Positions 19,785 to 29,802 are shown, counted from the first letter of the stretch. The stretch is 64,000 nucleotides of DNA from an uncultured Thermoanaerobaculia bacterium (GCA_964440565.1 CAYTTB010000001.1:29361-93360), one strand, 5' to 3'. Notes: a model not told the origin generated them from the letters alone. Numbers and translations: made by a program.

Positions 19785-20172
19785 CCGTGTCCCCCGCTTC
19801 CTGAATCTCGGCGAGGTGCTCTTCATCCACCGCGACCAGATCGAGCGCTACGGCGGCGAGCCCGGTATCCGGGACGTCGGTCTGCTGCAGTCGGCGCTCG
19901 CCATGCCGGCGGCGGGGTTCGGGGGCCGGTTCCTGCACGGCGACCTGTTCGAGATGGCCGCGGCCTACCTCTTCCACATCACCAGGAACCACCCCTTCGT
20001 GGACGGGAACAAGCGGACCGGTGCGGCGTGCGCGCTCGTCTTCCTCGAACTCAACGGGATCGAGATCGATGCCAGCGAGGACGAGCTGGTGGGGATGGTC
20101 ACCGCCGTGGCCGAAGGCAGGGCGGAGAAGGGGGCCATCGCCGATTTCTTCCGCAGGCACGCTCACGGGTGA
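19759..20172 (+). CDS. doc: Doc (death-on-curing) Fic-family toxin
   Basis: ORF 19759..20172 with Fic/Doc motif HPFVDGNKRTG and an N-terminal LNLGEVLFIHRDQIERYGG. The GTG start overlaps the antitoxin by 26 nt, and the exact start is uncertain. Confidence 0.85.
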   Translation: MPSSASHSDRVPRFLNLGEVLFIHRDQIERYGGEPGIRDVGLLQSALAMPAAGFGGRFLHGDLFEMAAAYLFHITRNHPFVDGNKRTGAACALVFLELNGIEIDASEDELVGMVTAVAEGRAEKGAIADFFRRHAHG

Positions 20173-20200
20173 CCCCCCTCGCAATCGCCAGGACTGGTGT

Positions 20201-20220
20201 GCGCGTGTCGTCACACGCGT
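20201..20220 (+). terminator. Hairpin downstream of doc
   Basis: CGCGTGT-cgtc-ACACGCG is a 7-bp stem about 30 nt after the doc stop. It has no U-tract. Confidence 0.3.
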
Positions 20221-20570
20221 CGTCCCGAGAGACATTCTCGAAGCCCTGCAACGCTCCCCGTCCGGGCCCCCGGGTTCGACAGTTTCGGAACCGGAGTGGG
20301 CAGGACTCTCGGGGTGCGATGTCGAGCGACCTGAGGTTTCCATGGCTGGATCGCGCGCCGTCGTGACGATCAGGCCTCACGGCGTCGCCTCGCGACGGGG
20401 ACGGTGCGCACGGGTGTCACACCGGTCTCTCCCGAGCAGCGGCGCCTCTTCGAGGCGCTCGCCGCCGACCGACCCACCCGCAAGCGGCAGGAGGCTGCGG
20501 CGTGGGCGGGAGCTCCCGGAAGCCGATCCAGACGTGGGTGCGAGAGTGTCGAACTCGGGTAGTTCGCGCC

Positions 20571-20635
20571 ACCGCCGGCCGCTCGCCGCCGCCCTCGACT
20601 GGATCGAGATCGCCCCCGCGGAGTGAGCGCCGGCG
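20571..20635 (+). repeat. 65-bp perfect direct repeat, copy 2 (orphan glycosyltransferase 3' end)
   Basis: Identical to 19124..19188. It would encode ...RRPLAAALDWIEIAPAE* but has no upstream gene body. Confidence 0.9.
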
Positions 20636-20648
20636 CCGGGTGCGGGGA

Positions 20649-20698
20649 CCACGGCGGGGCTCCCCGCGGGGAGGTGGGATCGCGGGGTCCCGCCGTGG
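20649..20698. terminator. Compound GC-rich hairpin between the orphan repeat and the ftsZ stop
   Basis: The outer stem is CCACGGCGGG/CCCGCCGTGG (10 bp) and the inner stem is CCCCGCG/CGCGGGG (7 bp). It lies 25 nt downstream of the ftsZ stop on the minus strand. Confidence 0.4.
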
Positions 20699-20722
20699 CC
20701 CGGAGGCGGTCCCGGTCGCCGC

Positions 20723-21922
20723 TCAGTCGAGCTGGTTCCTCAGGATCGCCGGGACCTCGTACTCCTCCTTGGGCGCTCCGGTGCCGTGGATCCCGTACCA
20801 CGGGTCGCTGGGCTCCAGGAACGGGCTGCGCGGCCGCGCGCCCTCCTCGGCCGGCCGCTCGGCCTCGGCCTCGGCGGTGCGCCGCTCGGTCGCCTCGCCA
20901 CCGAAGCCGGTGGCGATCACCGTCACCCGGAACTCGCCCTCGAGGTCGGGGTCCACCACCGCGCCGAACAGGACGATGGCGTCGCGGTCGGCGCTCTCGG
21001 TGATGATCTCCGCCGCCTCGTTGACCTCGGTGAGCGTCATGTCGGCGCCGCCGGTGAGGTTGATGAGGATCCCGCGCGCGCCGGCGATGGACGTCTCCTC
21101 CAGCAGCGGCGAGGCGATCGCCTGCTGGGCCGCCTCCACCGCCCGGTGCTCGCCGGAGGCCGCGCCCACCCCCATGATGGCGTGGCCCATGTCCTTCATC
21201 ACCGTGCGCACGTCGGCGAAGTCGCGGTTGATCAGCCCGGGCTTGGTGATGATGTCGGCGATCCCCTGCACCGCCTGACGGAGCACGTCGTCGGCGATGC
21301 GGAGCGCGTCGGTGAACGACGTGGAGCGGTCCACGAACTTGAGCAGCCGCTCGTTGGGGATCGTGATCAGGGTGTCCACGTGCGCCTCGAGCTGGGCGAT
21401 CCCCTCCTCCGCCACCCGGCGGCGGCGCGTCCCCTCGAAGGGGAACGGCTTGGTCACCACCGCCACCGTGAGGGCGTCGGCCTGCGAGGCGATCTGGGCG
21501 ATCACCGGCGCCGCCCCGGTGCCGGTGCCCCCGCCCATGCCGCAGGTGACGAACACCATGTCGGCGCCCGTGACCAGCTCGTGCAGCCGGTCGGTGTCCT
21601 CCACCGCCGCCCGGCGGCCGATGTCGGGGTCGGCGCCGGCGCCGAGGCCTCGCGTCACCTCCGGGCCCAGCTGCACCTTCACCGGCGCCGTGCACTGCTC
21701 GAGCGCCTGGGCGTCGGTGTTGACGGCGATGAACTCCACCCCCGCCACCCCCGCCGCCATCATCCGGTTGATCGAGTTGCAGCCGCCGCCCCCCACGCCG
21801 ATCACCTTGATCACCGCCGGCGAGGACGCCTCCTCCAGCTGGATCCGCGGGCCCTCGCCAGGCGCCGGGGAGCCCCGCTCCCCCCGTGGGTCGTCGTGCC
21901 TCGAGTCGAGCCTGATGTTCAC
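20723..21922 (-). CDS. ftsZ: Cell division protein FtsZ
   Basis: Tail of ORF 20723..23044. The GTG at 21922 follows GGGAGGTGG and overlaps the ftsA stop (GTGA). Motifs [17 protein letters not shown] and [12 protein letters not shown] are present. Length 399 aa. Confidence 0.92.
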   Translation of the reverse strand: MNIRLDSRHDDPRGERGSPAPGEGPRIQLEEASSPAVIKVIGVGGGGCNSINRMMAAGVAGVEFIAVNTDAQALEQCTAPVKVQLGPEVTRGLGAGADPDIGRRAAVEDTDRLHELVTGADMVFVTCGMGGGTGTGAAPVIAQIASQADALTVAVVTKPFPFEGTRRRRVAEEGIAQLEAHVDTLITIPNERLLKFVDRSTSFTDALRIADDVLRQAVQGIADIITKPGLINRDFADVRTVMKDMGHAIMGVGAASGEHRAVEAAQQAIASPLLEETSIAGARGILINLTGGADMTLTEVNEAAEIITESADRDAIVLFGAVVDPDLEGEFRVTVIATGFGGEATERRTAEAEAERPAEEGARPRSPFLEPSDPWYGIHGTGAPKEEYEVPAILRNQLD

Positions 21923-23145
21923 GGTCCACCTCCCATCTCGAACAGCTCTCCCAGGGCCTGCCGGAGCCATCCCAGCGGCCCGCTCCCCCGTCTCCGGTCT
22001 CCCTGCGACCGCCGCCACGCGGCCTGCAGGCGCACCAGCCCCACGGCCACCGCCCACTCGGGTCCGGCGACCGGCTCCACCTCGCCCTCGATCCCGCGCG
22101 GCGCGCCGAGCCGGGCGCGCGCCCCGAAGATCGCCTCCGCCAGCTCGCCGAGCCCGGGCAGCAGCGCGCCGCCGCCGGTGAGCACCACGCCCGCGCGGGC
22201 GACGCCGTCCAGCTGCTCCTCGGCGAGCTGCCGGTGCACGGCCACGAGCACCTCCTTGGCCCGTGCCGCCAGCGTCTCGGTCACCACCTGGAGCGGCACG
22301 ACCCGCTGCCCCTCGCCGCCCAGCGCCGGCACCTCCACCGCCGTCCCGTCGGCTCCGGCGAGGCCGTGGCGGCGCTTCAGCTCCTCGGCGGCGTGGCTCG
22401 AGGTGCGCAGGATCACCGCGAGGTCGTTGGTGAAGCTGCGCCCCCCCACCGGGAAGCAGCCGGTGGCCACCACCGCCTCCTCGGCGTAGAGCGCCCACTC
22501 GGTGCCGCCGTGGCCGATGTCCACCAGCAGGCAGCCGAGCTCGCGCTCGTCGGGGGTGAGCGCGGCCGCGGCGGCGGCGAGCGGCTCGAAGTAGAGGCGC
22601 TCCGCCACGATCCCGGCCTGGTTCACCGCCTTGAGCACGCTCTCGGCATGGGTGCGGTGGGCGTAGAGCACGTGGGCGTGGGCGTCGAGGCGGGTGGCGG
22701 GCATCCCCACCGGCCGCCTCACCCCGGGCTGGCCGTCGAGCACGAACTCCCTCGGGATCACGTCGAGGACGGTGTAGTCCGAGGGCTGGGCGAACCGGGT
22801 GCACCGCTCCAGGGCCCGGTCGCGGTCGTCGTCGCTGACCAGCCCGCGCGCCCCGGTCACGGGCACCGAGGAGCGGGCGTTGAGGCCGCGCACCGCCGGG
22901 CCGCCGAGCCCCACGACCGCGCGCTCCACCGGGGCCGACGCCATCGCCTCCGCCTCCTCGGCCGCGAGCCGCACGGCCTCCGTCACCGCCTCGAGGTCCG
23001 CCACGATCCCCTTGGGCGCGCCGGCGTGGCGGGCACGGCCGCACCCCAGGACCACCGTCCGGTGATCGTCCGCGGCCTCCGCGACCACCACCGAGACCGA
23101 GGCGGCGCCCACGTCGATCCCCACCAGCGGACCGGGGTCCTTCAT
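21919..23145 (-). CDS. ftsA: Cell division protein FtsA
   Basis: Tail of ORF 21919..23238 from the ATG at 23145. Actin-fold motifs [15 protein letters not shown] and [12 protein letters not shown] are present. The ATG overlaps the ftsQ stop (ATGA). Confidence 0.9.
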   Translation of the reverse strand: MKDPGPLVGIDVGAASVSVVVAEAADDHRTVVLGCGRARHAGAPKGIVADLEAVTEAVRLAAEEAEAMASAPVERAVVGLGGPAVRGLNARSSVPVTGARGLVSDDDRDRALERCTRFAQPSDYTVLDVIPREFVLDGQPGVRRPVGMPATRLDAHAHVLYAHRTHAESVLKAVNQAGIVAERLYFEPLAAAAAALTPDERELGCLLVDIGHGGTEWALYAEEAVVATGCFPVGGRSFTNDLAVILRTSSHAAEELKRRHGLAGADGTAVEVPALGGEGQRVVPLQVVTETLAARAKEVLVAVHRQLAEEQLDGVARAGVVLTGGGALLPGLGELAEAIFGARARLGAPRGIEGEVEPVAGPEWAVAVGLVRLQAAWRRSQGDRRRGSGPLGWLRQALGELFEMGGGP

Positions 23146-23846
23146 CCCGTCGCCCCCCGCCGCACCACCACCCGGTCGTCCCGGGTCAGGTCGAGGAACG
23201 CGGCCGCGGCCAGCTCCGGCCGGGCACCGGCGAGCCACCGCTCGGAGGCGGTGGGCTCGGCGGCCAGGCGTACCTCGCGCCCACCGCGGGGCCCGGTGCG
23301 GGCCACCAGGACGTCCGGGAGGGTCCGGCGCAGCGACCGCACGGGGCCGAGGCCCAGCGCCCGGAGCCGCTCCACCGCGGCCAGCGCCGCGCGCAGCGCC
23401 CGGGGCTCGGCCGGGAAGCCCAGGAGCACCGGCGGACGTGGACCCGGAAGCCGCCCGCAGAGCGCGCCGGTGGCGCTCACGCCGTGCCAGCCGCGGCCCA
23501 CGGGAACGGAGGCCACCGCGCGCGCCGTCTCCACCGTCACCTCGAGCCTGCCGTCCAGCTCACGACGCACCGCCGCGCGCGCCACCCCGGGGAGCCGCTC
23601 CAGCCGCTCCCGCACCCCCTCCGGATCGAGCAGCAGCACGGGCTCGCCCGCGAGCGCCTCGAGGCGGGCCCGCGCGCAGGGCGGGAGGGCCTCCCCGCCC
23701 CGGACCGAGACCGTCCCCACGCGCCACGCCGGGGCGGCGGCGAGCGTCGCGGCGGCGGCCAGCGGGAGGAGCAGCCGCCGGACCCGCACGCGCCGCCGGC
23801 GCGGCCGCCTGAGGTGCTCGGGGAACGGGGGGCGGAGCGCGCTCAC
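23142..23846 (-). CDS. ftsQ: Cell division protein FtsQ (TM plus POTRA)
   Basis: Tail of ORF 23142..25223. The GTG at 23846 overlaps the murC stop (GTGA). An Arg-rich N-terminus and a TM helix ([17 protein letters not shown]) precede a POTRA-like region. Position in the cluster supports the call. Confidence 0.75.
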   Translation of the reverse strand: MSALRPPFPEHLRRPRRRRVRVRRLLLPLAAAATLAAAPAWRVGTVSVRGGEALPPCARARLEALAGEPVLLLDPEGVRERLERLPGVARAAVRRELDGRLEVTVETARAVASVPVGRGWHGVSATGALCGRLPGPRPPVLLGFPAEPRALRAALAAVERLRALGLGPVRSLRRTLPDVLVARTGPRGGREVRLAAEPTASERWLAGARPELAAAAFLDLTRDDRVVVRRGATG

Positions 23847-25216
23847 GATCCCTCCCCGGCGAGCCACAGCTCGCCCACCCGATCCACGGGGCCGGCCCCG
23901 AGGGTCAGCACCACGTCGCCCGGAGCGACGGTGCCCTCGAGCCTCCGCGCGGCGTCGCGGTAGTCGGACGCCAGCTCCGCCGCGGCGCCGCCGGCGCGGA
24001 GCGGCTCCAGCACCAGCCGGCTGTCCACGCCCGGGCGCGGGGCCTCGCGCGCGGGGTAGACGGGCAGCAGGATCACCCGGTCGGCCGCGGCCAGCGCCCG
24101 CGCGAACCCCGCGGCGAACGCCCGGGTGCGCGAGTAGAGGTGCGGCTCGAACACCGCCACCACCCGCCGGCCGGGCCAGCGCTGACGGGCCGCGGCCAGC
24201 GTGGCGGCGATCTCGGTGGGGTGGTGGGCGTAGTCGTCGGCCACGAGCACACCCCCCCGCTCCCCCCGGACCTCGAGCCGCCGGCCCACGCCCGGGAAGC
24301 GGGCGAGCGCCGCCGCCGCCTCGACGAAGGGGATCTCGAGCTCGAGAGCCACCGCCACGGCGGCGAGCGCGTTCCGCAGGTTGTGCCCGCCCGCGAGGGG
24401 GATCCGGAGGCGGCCCAGCTCCTTCCCGCCCGCCACCACGGTGGCGGCGGTCCCCTCCGGCGCCGCGGCGACCTCCACCGCCCGCAGCCACGCCCCCTCC
24501 CCGAGCCCGTAGCCGAGCGTCCGGCGTCCGCACGCCGCGGCCACGCGCACGGCGCCCGGATCGTCGGCGCAGGCGATCACCGCCCCCCAGAACGGCACCC
24601 GGCCAGCCAGCTCGGCGAACGCCGCCTCCAGCGCCTCGCGGGTGCCGTACACCTCGAGGTGCTCGGGCTCCACGTTGGTCACCACGCACCAGCACGGGTG
24701 GAGGGCGAGGAAGGCGCGCGCGTACTCGTCCGCCTCGCACACCAGGTGCGGGCCGCGGCCGGCGCGGGCGTGGCCGGGCAGGAACGCCGGCCGCCCGCCC
24801 ACCACCGCGGTGGGATCGAGCCCGGCCTCCTGGAGCACCCAGGTGATCATGGAGGCGGTGGTGGTCTTGCCGTGGGTGCCCGCCACCGCGATCCCCAGTC
24901 GGCCGCGCTCCACCTCGGCGAGGAGCTCGGCCCGTCCCACCACGGGCAGCCCGAGGCGGCGCGCGGCCTGGAGCTCCGGAAGGTCCTCGGGGACGGCGGC
25001 GGTGGCCACCACGGCGTCCACGTCCCCGACGTGGGCGGGGTCGTGGCCCAGCAGGATCCCGGCCCCGAGCTCCACCAGCCGCTCCGTCCTCGGGCTCGCC
25101 TCGAGCTCGCACCCGGTCACCTCCAGGCCCGCCTCGAGCGCCAGCTCGGCGAGGGCGCACATCCCGGCCCCGCCGATGCCGAGGAAGTGCAGCCGCCGGA
25201 TGCGCCCGAGCCTCAC
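23843..25216 (-). CDS. murC: UDP-N-acetylmuramate--L-alanine ligase
   Basis: Tail of ORF 23843..26335. The GTG at 25216 follows GGGAGGAGGTGG and overlaps the murG stop. Motifs HFLGIGGAGM and GIAVAGTHGKTTT are present. Confidence 0.9.
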   Translation of the reverse strand: MRLGRIRRLHFLGIGGAGMCALAELALEAGLEVTGCELEASPRTERLVELGAGILLGHDPAHVGDVDAVVATAAVPEDLPELQAARRLGLPVVGRAELLAEVERGRLGIAVAGTHGKTTTASMITWVLQEAGLDPTAVVGGRPAFLPGHARAGRGPHLVCEADEYARAFLALHPCWCVVTNVEPEHLEVYGTREALEAAFAELAGRVPFWGAVIACADDPGAVRVAAACGRRTLGYGLGEGAWLRAVEVAAAPEGTAATVVAGGKELGRLRIPLAGGHNLRNALAAVAVALELEIPFVEAAAALARFPGVGRRLEVRGERGGVLVADDYAHHPTEIAATLAAARQRWPGRRVVAVFEPHLYSRTRAFAAGFARALAAADRVILLPVYPAREAPRPGVDSRLVLEPLRAGGAAAELASDYRDAARRLEGTVAPGDVVLTLGAGPVDRVGELWLAGEGS

Positions 25217-26292
25217 GGCCCACCTCCTCCCACCGCCAGCAGCCGCCGGGCGATGCGCGCCGCCGCCCCGGGCCGGGCGAGGGTGCGCGCGGCGCGGCCC
25301 ATGGCCGCCAGCCGCCCGGGGCTCGCCAGCAGCCCGGCGAGCGTCTCGGCGACGCGGTCGGGGGTGGCCTCGGGCTCGCGCAGCACCACCGCCCCTCCGG
25401 CGCGCTCGAGGGCGCGGGCGTTGTGCTCCTGGTGGCCGCCGGCGGCGGCGGCGAACGGTATCAGCAGCGCGGGCCGCCCGGCGGCGGCGAGCTCGGAGAC
25501 GGTCAGCGCCCCCGCCCGCGCCACCACCAGGTCGGCCCCCGCCAGGGTGCGCCACGGCTCGGTGAGGAAGGCGGCGACGTCCGCCTCGAGCCCCTCGTCG
25601 CGGTACGCGGTGGCCACCACCTCGGCCCAGCGGACCCCCGCCTGGTGAGCGATCCGGGGGCGCAGGCCGCGCGCGGCCAGGTGCGCCAGGGCCCGCGGCA
25701 GCGTCCGGTTCAGGAACAGCGATCCCTGGCTCCCGCCCAGGACGAGGAGCCGCGGCGGGTCGGCGGGCTCGGGCTCCGGGATCTCGAAGAACTCCTCCCG
25801 CACCGGGTTGCCGGTCCACTCGGCGGGCAGCGAGGGGAAGTGGAGGAGCGCCTGCTCGAAGCCGCAGCAGATCAGATCCGCCCACGGCGCCGCCACCCGG
25901 TTGGTCCAGCCGGGAATGGCGTTCTGCTCCTGCAGCGCCCACGGCACGCCCACGAGCCCCGCCGCCAGGACCCCGGCGGCGGAGGCGTACCCGCCCACGC
26001 CCAGCACCGCCACGGGCTCCAGGCGGAGCATCATGCGCACCCCCGCCGCCACCGCGGAGGGAAGCTGGCCCAGGGCGCGCAGCGCGGCCGCGCGCGAGCG
26101 GCCCTGGATCCCCTCGATCTCGACCAGCTCCAGCGGGATGTCGCGCTGGCCCACGATGGACGACTCCATCCCGCGGCGGGCCCCCAGCCAGTGGACCTCG
26201 ATCCCGAGACGGAGCAGCTCCTCGGCCACCGCGAGACCGGGGAAGATGTGACCCCCCGTGCCGCCGCCGGCGATCACCACCCGCCGGGTCAC
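25213..26292 (-). CDS. murG: UDP-GlcNAc:lipid I N-acetylglucosaminyltransferase
   Basis: Tail of ORF 25213..27297. The GTG at 26292 overlaps the ftsW stop. Motifs VVIAGGGTGGHIFPGLAVA and GGHQEHNA are present. Confidence 0.9.
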   Translation of the reverse strand: MTRRVVIAGGGTGGHIFPGLAVAEELLRLGIEVHWLGARRGMESSIVGQRDIPLELVEIEGIQGRSRAAALRALGQLPSAVAAGVRMMLRLEPVAVLGVGGYASAAGVLAAGLVGVPWALQEQNAIPGWTNRVAAPWADLICCGFEQALLHFPSLPAEWTGNPVREEFFEIPEPEPADPPRLLVLGGSQGSLFLNRTLPRALAHLAARGLRPRIAHQAGVRWAEVVATAYRDEGLEADVAAFLTEPWRTLAGADLVVARAGALTVSELAAAGRPALLIPFAAAAGGHQEHNARALERAGGAVVLREPEATPDRVAETLAGLLASPGRLAAMGRAARTLARPGAAARIARRLLAVGGGGP

Positions 26293-27386
26293 GGCCGCAC
26301 CTCCCGGGAGAGGTTGAGCAGCAGCCCCAGCCCACCCAGCGTCACCACGAGGTCGGTCTTGCCGTAGCTGACCAGCGGCAGCGGGACGCCGGTGGTGGGC
26401 GCCAGCCCGAGGCACACCGCGGCGTGCAGCAGCGCCTGGAGCGCGAAGGCGGCGGCGATCCCGGTGGCCAGGAGTGCGCGGCGCGGGTCGGCCTGCCGCG
26501 CGGCCACCCGCAGGCCCCGCCAGACGATGAGCCCGGCGCCCAGGCCCAGCGCGGCCACCCCGGCCAGGCCGAGCTCCTCCCCCGCCGCGGCGAGCACCGA
26601 GTCGGTGTGGGGCTCGGGCAGGAAGAACAGCTTCTGCCGGCCGCGCCCGTAGCCGAGGCCGGTGAGGCCGCCGCTGCCGAGGGCGATGAGCGCCTGCCGG
26701 GTCTGGTACGCGGCCCGCTCGGCCCCGGGCGCGGTGGGATGGAGGAAGGCCCGCGCCCGCTCCAGCCGGTAGGGAGCCGCCGCCACCGCCACCGCCCCCA
26801 GGGCCAGGGCCAGGGCCACCGGGATCGCCAGGAGGCGCAGCGGCGTGCCCGCCGCGAACGCCATCACCCCCACCGTCGCCACGACCAGGACCGCGGAGCC
26901 GAGGTCCGGGGCGACGAAGACGAGCGCCCCGGTGACCGCGGTGGCGCCGGCCACCTCGGTCAGCGAGCGGCCCGTCCACCCCTCGCGGGCCGCCGCGGGC
27001 AGCAGCACCGCGGCGAGCACCACCAGCGCGTACCGCGCCGGCACCGAGGGCTGCAGCGACAGCGGTCCGAGACGCACCCAACGGTGCACGTCCTTGAGCG
27101 CGGGCTCGAGCAGCGCCACGACGAGCAGGCCCCAGCACGCCGCCAGCGCCGCCCACGCCACCCGCCGCTCCAGGAGGAGGTCGAGCCTGAGGTGCATCGC
27201 CGCCACCATCGCGCCCAGCCCGATGGCCGCCGCCACCGCCTGCAGGACCAGGAAGTGGCCGGCCGAGGTGCCGTACTGGACCGAGGCCACGAGCCACGAG
27301 GCGGAGCCGAGCACGGCCAGGCCGAGGCTCAGCTGGAGCACCACGGCGGCGAGCAGGAGGCGGTCGAACCGCTGCCTCAGCGGCAT
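26289..27386 (-). CDS. ftsW: SEDS-family peptidoglycan glycosyltransferase FtsW
   Basis: ORF 26289..27467. The ATG at 27386 follows AAGGAGGGG and overlaps the murD end by 10 nt. The protein is polytopic with SEDS motifs (FFLPEPHTDSV, PLPLVSYG). Confidence 0.88.
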   Translation of the reverse strand: MPLRQRFDRLLLAAVVLQLSLGLAVLGSASWLVASVQYGTSAGHFLVLQAVAAAIGLGAMVAAMHLRLDLLLERRVAWAALAACWGLLVVALLEPALKDVHRWVRLGPLSLQPSVPARYALVVLAAVLLPAAAREGWTGRSLTEVAGATAVTGALVFVAPDLGSAVLVVATVGVMAFAAGTPLRLLAIPVALALALGAVAVAAAPYRLERARAFLHPTAPGAERAAYQTRQALIALGSGGLTGLGYGRGRQKLFFLPEPHTDSVLAAAGEELGLAGVAALGLGAGLIVWRGLRVAARQADPRRALLATGIAAAFALQALLHAAVCLGLAPTTGVPLPLVSYGKTDLVVTLGGLGLLLNLSREVRP

Positions 27387-28720
27387 CGCAGCCCCTCCTT
27401 CCGGACCAGCTCGGCGAAGCGCTCGCCGCGCTCGGCGTAGCCCGAGAACTGGTCGAACGACGCGCACGCCGGGGCGAGCAGCACCGTCTCCCCGGGCCGG
27501 GCGAGCTCGCGGGCGCGCGCCACCGCCCGCTCCAGCGTGCCGCTGGGCTCCAGCGGCGCCGTCCCCTCGAGCTCCGCCGCGATCCGCCCCGCGTCGCGGC
27601 CGATGAGGTACACGCGCACCGCGGCCCGCGCCACCGCCGGACGCAGCGGGGCGAACGACTGCCCCTTGGCGAGCCCCCCCAGGATCAGGTGGACGCTCCG
27701 CTCGGGGTAGCCGGAGAGGGCGGCGAGGGTGGCCCCGACGTTGGTCGCCTTGCTGTCGTCCACCCAGCGCACGCCGGCGGTCTCGGCCACGGTGGCGTGG
27801 CGGTGGGGGAGTCCCTCGAACCGCTCGAGCACCGCCGCGGCGGTCTCGGGAGGCACCCCCAGCTCGCCCGCGGCGAGGGCGGCGGCGAGGGCGTTGGCGA
27901 GGTTGTGGCGGCCGCCGATCCGGAGCCGGGAGGCCTCGAGGAGGGCGGCGCCGCCGATCCGCAGCGTGCCGCCGTCGAGCCAGCCGTCCGCCTCCCGCTC
28001 GAGGGAGAAGCCGAGCCTGCGGGCGGCGGTGGGCGCGGCCGCGACCCGGGGATCGTCGGCGTTGAGCACCGCCGCGTCCTCGCGCGTCTGCCGGGCGAGG
28101 AGGCGGAACTTGGCGGCGGCGTACCGGTCCATGTCGGGGTGGCGCTCCAGGTGGTCCTGGCTCAGGTTGGTGACCACCGCCACCCGGGGGCGCAGCTCCA
28201 CGAGGGCCTCGGCCTGGAACGAGGACACCTCGAGCACCCAGGCCGAGAAGCCGCCCTCGAGCACCAGGCGGCAGGCGGGCGGTCCCAGGTTCCCCCCCTC
28301 ACGGGCCGCGATCCCGGCCGCGCGCAGCATCTCGGCCGCGAGGACCGTGACCGTGCTCTTGCCGTTGGAGCCGGTGACGGCGATCAGCGGGGCCTCGGGG
28401 CGGCACCGCCAGGCGAGCTCGATCTCGGGCCACACGGCGATTCCGCGGTGGCGCGCCGCGGCCAGCAGCGGCAGCTCCGCGGGGACCCCGGGGCTCGTCA
28501 CGACGAGGCCCACCCCCTCGAGCGCCGCCTCGGGGTGGCCGCCCAGGAACGTCCGGACGCCGGCGGGCAGCGCCTCGAGTGCCGCCGCGAGCTCCCCCTC
28601 CGGACGCCGGTCGGTGGCCCACACCTCGGCCCCGAGGCCGGCGGCGAGCTGCGCCGCCGCCACCCCGGACTCGCCGAGGCCCACCACCAGGACGCGGGAG
28701 GGAAGCTCCACCGCCGTCAC
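27377..28720 (-). CDS. murD: UDP-N-acetylmuramoylalanine--D-glutamate ligase
   Basis: Tail of ORF 27377..29767. The GTG at 28720 overlaps the mraY stop. Motifs VLVVGLGESG and AVTGSNGKSTV are present. Confidence 0.9.
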   Translation of the reverse strand: MTAVELPSRVLVVGLGESGVAAAQLAAGLGAEVWATDRRPEGELAAALEALPAGVRTFLGGHPEAALEGVGLVVTSPGVPAELPLLAAARHRGIAVWPEIELAWRCRPEAPLIAVTGSNGKSTVTVLAAEMLRAAGIAAREGGNLGPPACRLVLEGGFSAWVLEVSSFQAEALVELRPRVAVVTNLSQDHLERHPDMDRYAAAKFRLLARQTREDAAVLNADDPRVAAAPTAARRLGFSLEREADGWLDGGTLRIGGAALLEASRLRIGGRHNLANALAAALAAGELGVPPETAAAVLERFEGLPHRHATVAETAGVRWVDDSKATNVGATLAALSGYPERSVHLILGGLAKGQSFAPLRPAVARAAVRVYLIGRDAGRIAAELEGTAPLEPSGTLERAVARARELARPGETVLLAPACASFDQFSGYAERGERFAELVRKEGLRCR

Positions 28721-29802
28721 CTCAGCTTCAGGGTCGCGAGCCCCGCCAGCGCGAACACGATGGCGAGGATCCAGAACCGCACCACCACCTGGGTCTCGCT
28801 CCACCCGCCGAGCTCGAAGTGGTGGTGGAGCGGTGCCATCCGGAACACCCGGCGGCCGCGCAGCTTGAACGAGGCCACCTGGACCATCACGCTCAGCGCC
28901 TCGAGCACGAACAGCCCCCCCACGATCACCAGGAGCAGCTCCTGCTTCGCCACCACCGCCACGATCCCGATCGCCCCGCCGAGCGCCAGCGACCCCACGT
29001 CGCCCATGAACACGGCCGCCGGATGGCAGTTGAACCACAGGAACCCCAGCGCCGCGCCCACCAGCGCCCCGGTGAACACCGTCACCTCGCCCGCCCCCGA
29101 CACCGACACGATGCGGAGGTAGTCGGCGAGCCGCGCGTGGCCCGCGACGTAGACCAGCACCGTGTAGGTGCCGGCCGCCACGCCCACGGCGCCGATGGCG
29201 AGCCCGTCGAGGCCGTCCGTGAGGTTGACGGCGTTGGAGGCGCCGAGCAGCACCAGCATCACGAAGGGGACGTAGAGCGCCCCCAGAGGGATCAGCACGT
29301 CCTTGAAGAACGGCAGCGCCAGCGCCCCGGCGTGGGGTGCGGGTGCGGCGATCCGCTCCACCGCGAGAGCGGCCGCCGCCCCCACCAGGGCCTGGAGGAG
29401 GAGCTTCTGGCGGCCGGTGAGCCCGAGGCTGCGCCGCCGGCGGACCTTGAGGTAGTCGTCGGCGAAGCCGATGGCCGCGAAGGCCGCGGTCACCGCCACC
29501 ACGGTGAGCACGTACCGGTTGGAGACGTCGGCCCAGAGCAGGGTGGCGGCGAGGGCGGAGCCCACGATGAGCAGCCCGCCCATGGTGGGGGTGCCGGCCT
29601 TGGCCCGGTGCCGCTCGGGGCCCTCCTCGCGGATCGCCTGGCGCACCCGCAGCGACGCCAGCCAGCGGATGGTGGCGGGGCCGAGCAGGAGAGAGATGGC
29701 GAGGGCGGTGGCGATGGCGAGCCCGGTCCGGAACGTGATGTACCGGAACACGTTGAACCCGATCCACAGGTCCCGGAGCGGGTAGAGCAGCCAGTACAGC
29801 AT
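28717..29802 (-). CDS. mraY: Phospho-N-acetylmuramoyl-pentapeptide transferase
   Basis: Tail of ORF 28717..30879 from the ATG at 29802 (361 aa). Motifs NAVNLTDGLDGLA and APLHHHFE are present. The ATG shares 1 nt with the murF stop (TGATG). Confidence 0.93.
   Translation of the reverse strand: MLYWLLYPLRDLWIGFNVFRYITFRTGLAIATALAISLLLGPATIRWLASLRVRQAIREEGPERHRAKAGTPTMGGLLIVGSALAATLLWADVSNRYVLTVVAVTAAFAAIGFADDYLKVRRRRSLGLTGRQKLLLQALVGAAAALAVERIAAPAPHAGALALPFFKDVLIPLGALYVPFVMLVLLGASNAVNLTDGLDGLAIGAVGVAAGTYTVLVYVAGHARLADYLRIVSVSGAGEVTVFTGALVGAALGFLWFNCHPAAVFMGDVGSLALGGAIGIVAVVAKQELLLVIVGGLFVLEALSVMVQVASFKLRGRRVFRMAPLHHHFELGGWSETQVVVRFWILAIVFALAGLATLKLR

Noticed and set aside
20404-20562. Possible 52-aa ORF (MRTGVTPVSPEQRRLFEALAADRPTRKRQEAAAW...) in the right arm of the TA islet
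   Set aside because: It is short, uses a GTG start without an SD, and matches no family I recognise. It cannot be supported from sequence alone.
22234-24846. 870-aa plus-strand ORF (similar long ORFs at 1271..3391, 2454..3989, 28579..30444 and 31244..33061)
   Set aside because: These are antisense or out-of-frame over conserved dcw or UbiA-cluster genes. All have Arg/Pro/Gly-dominated translations.
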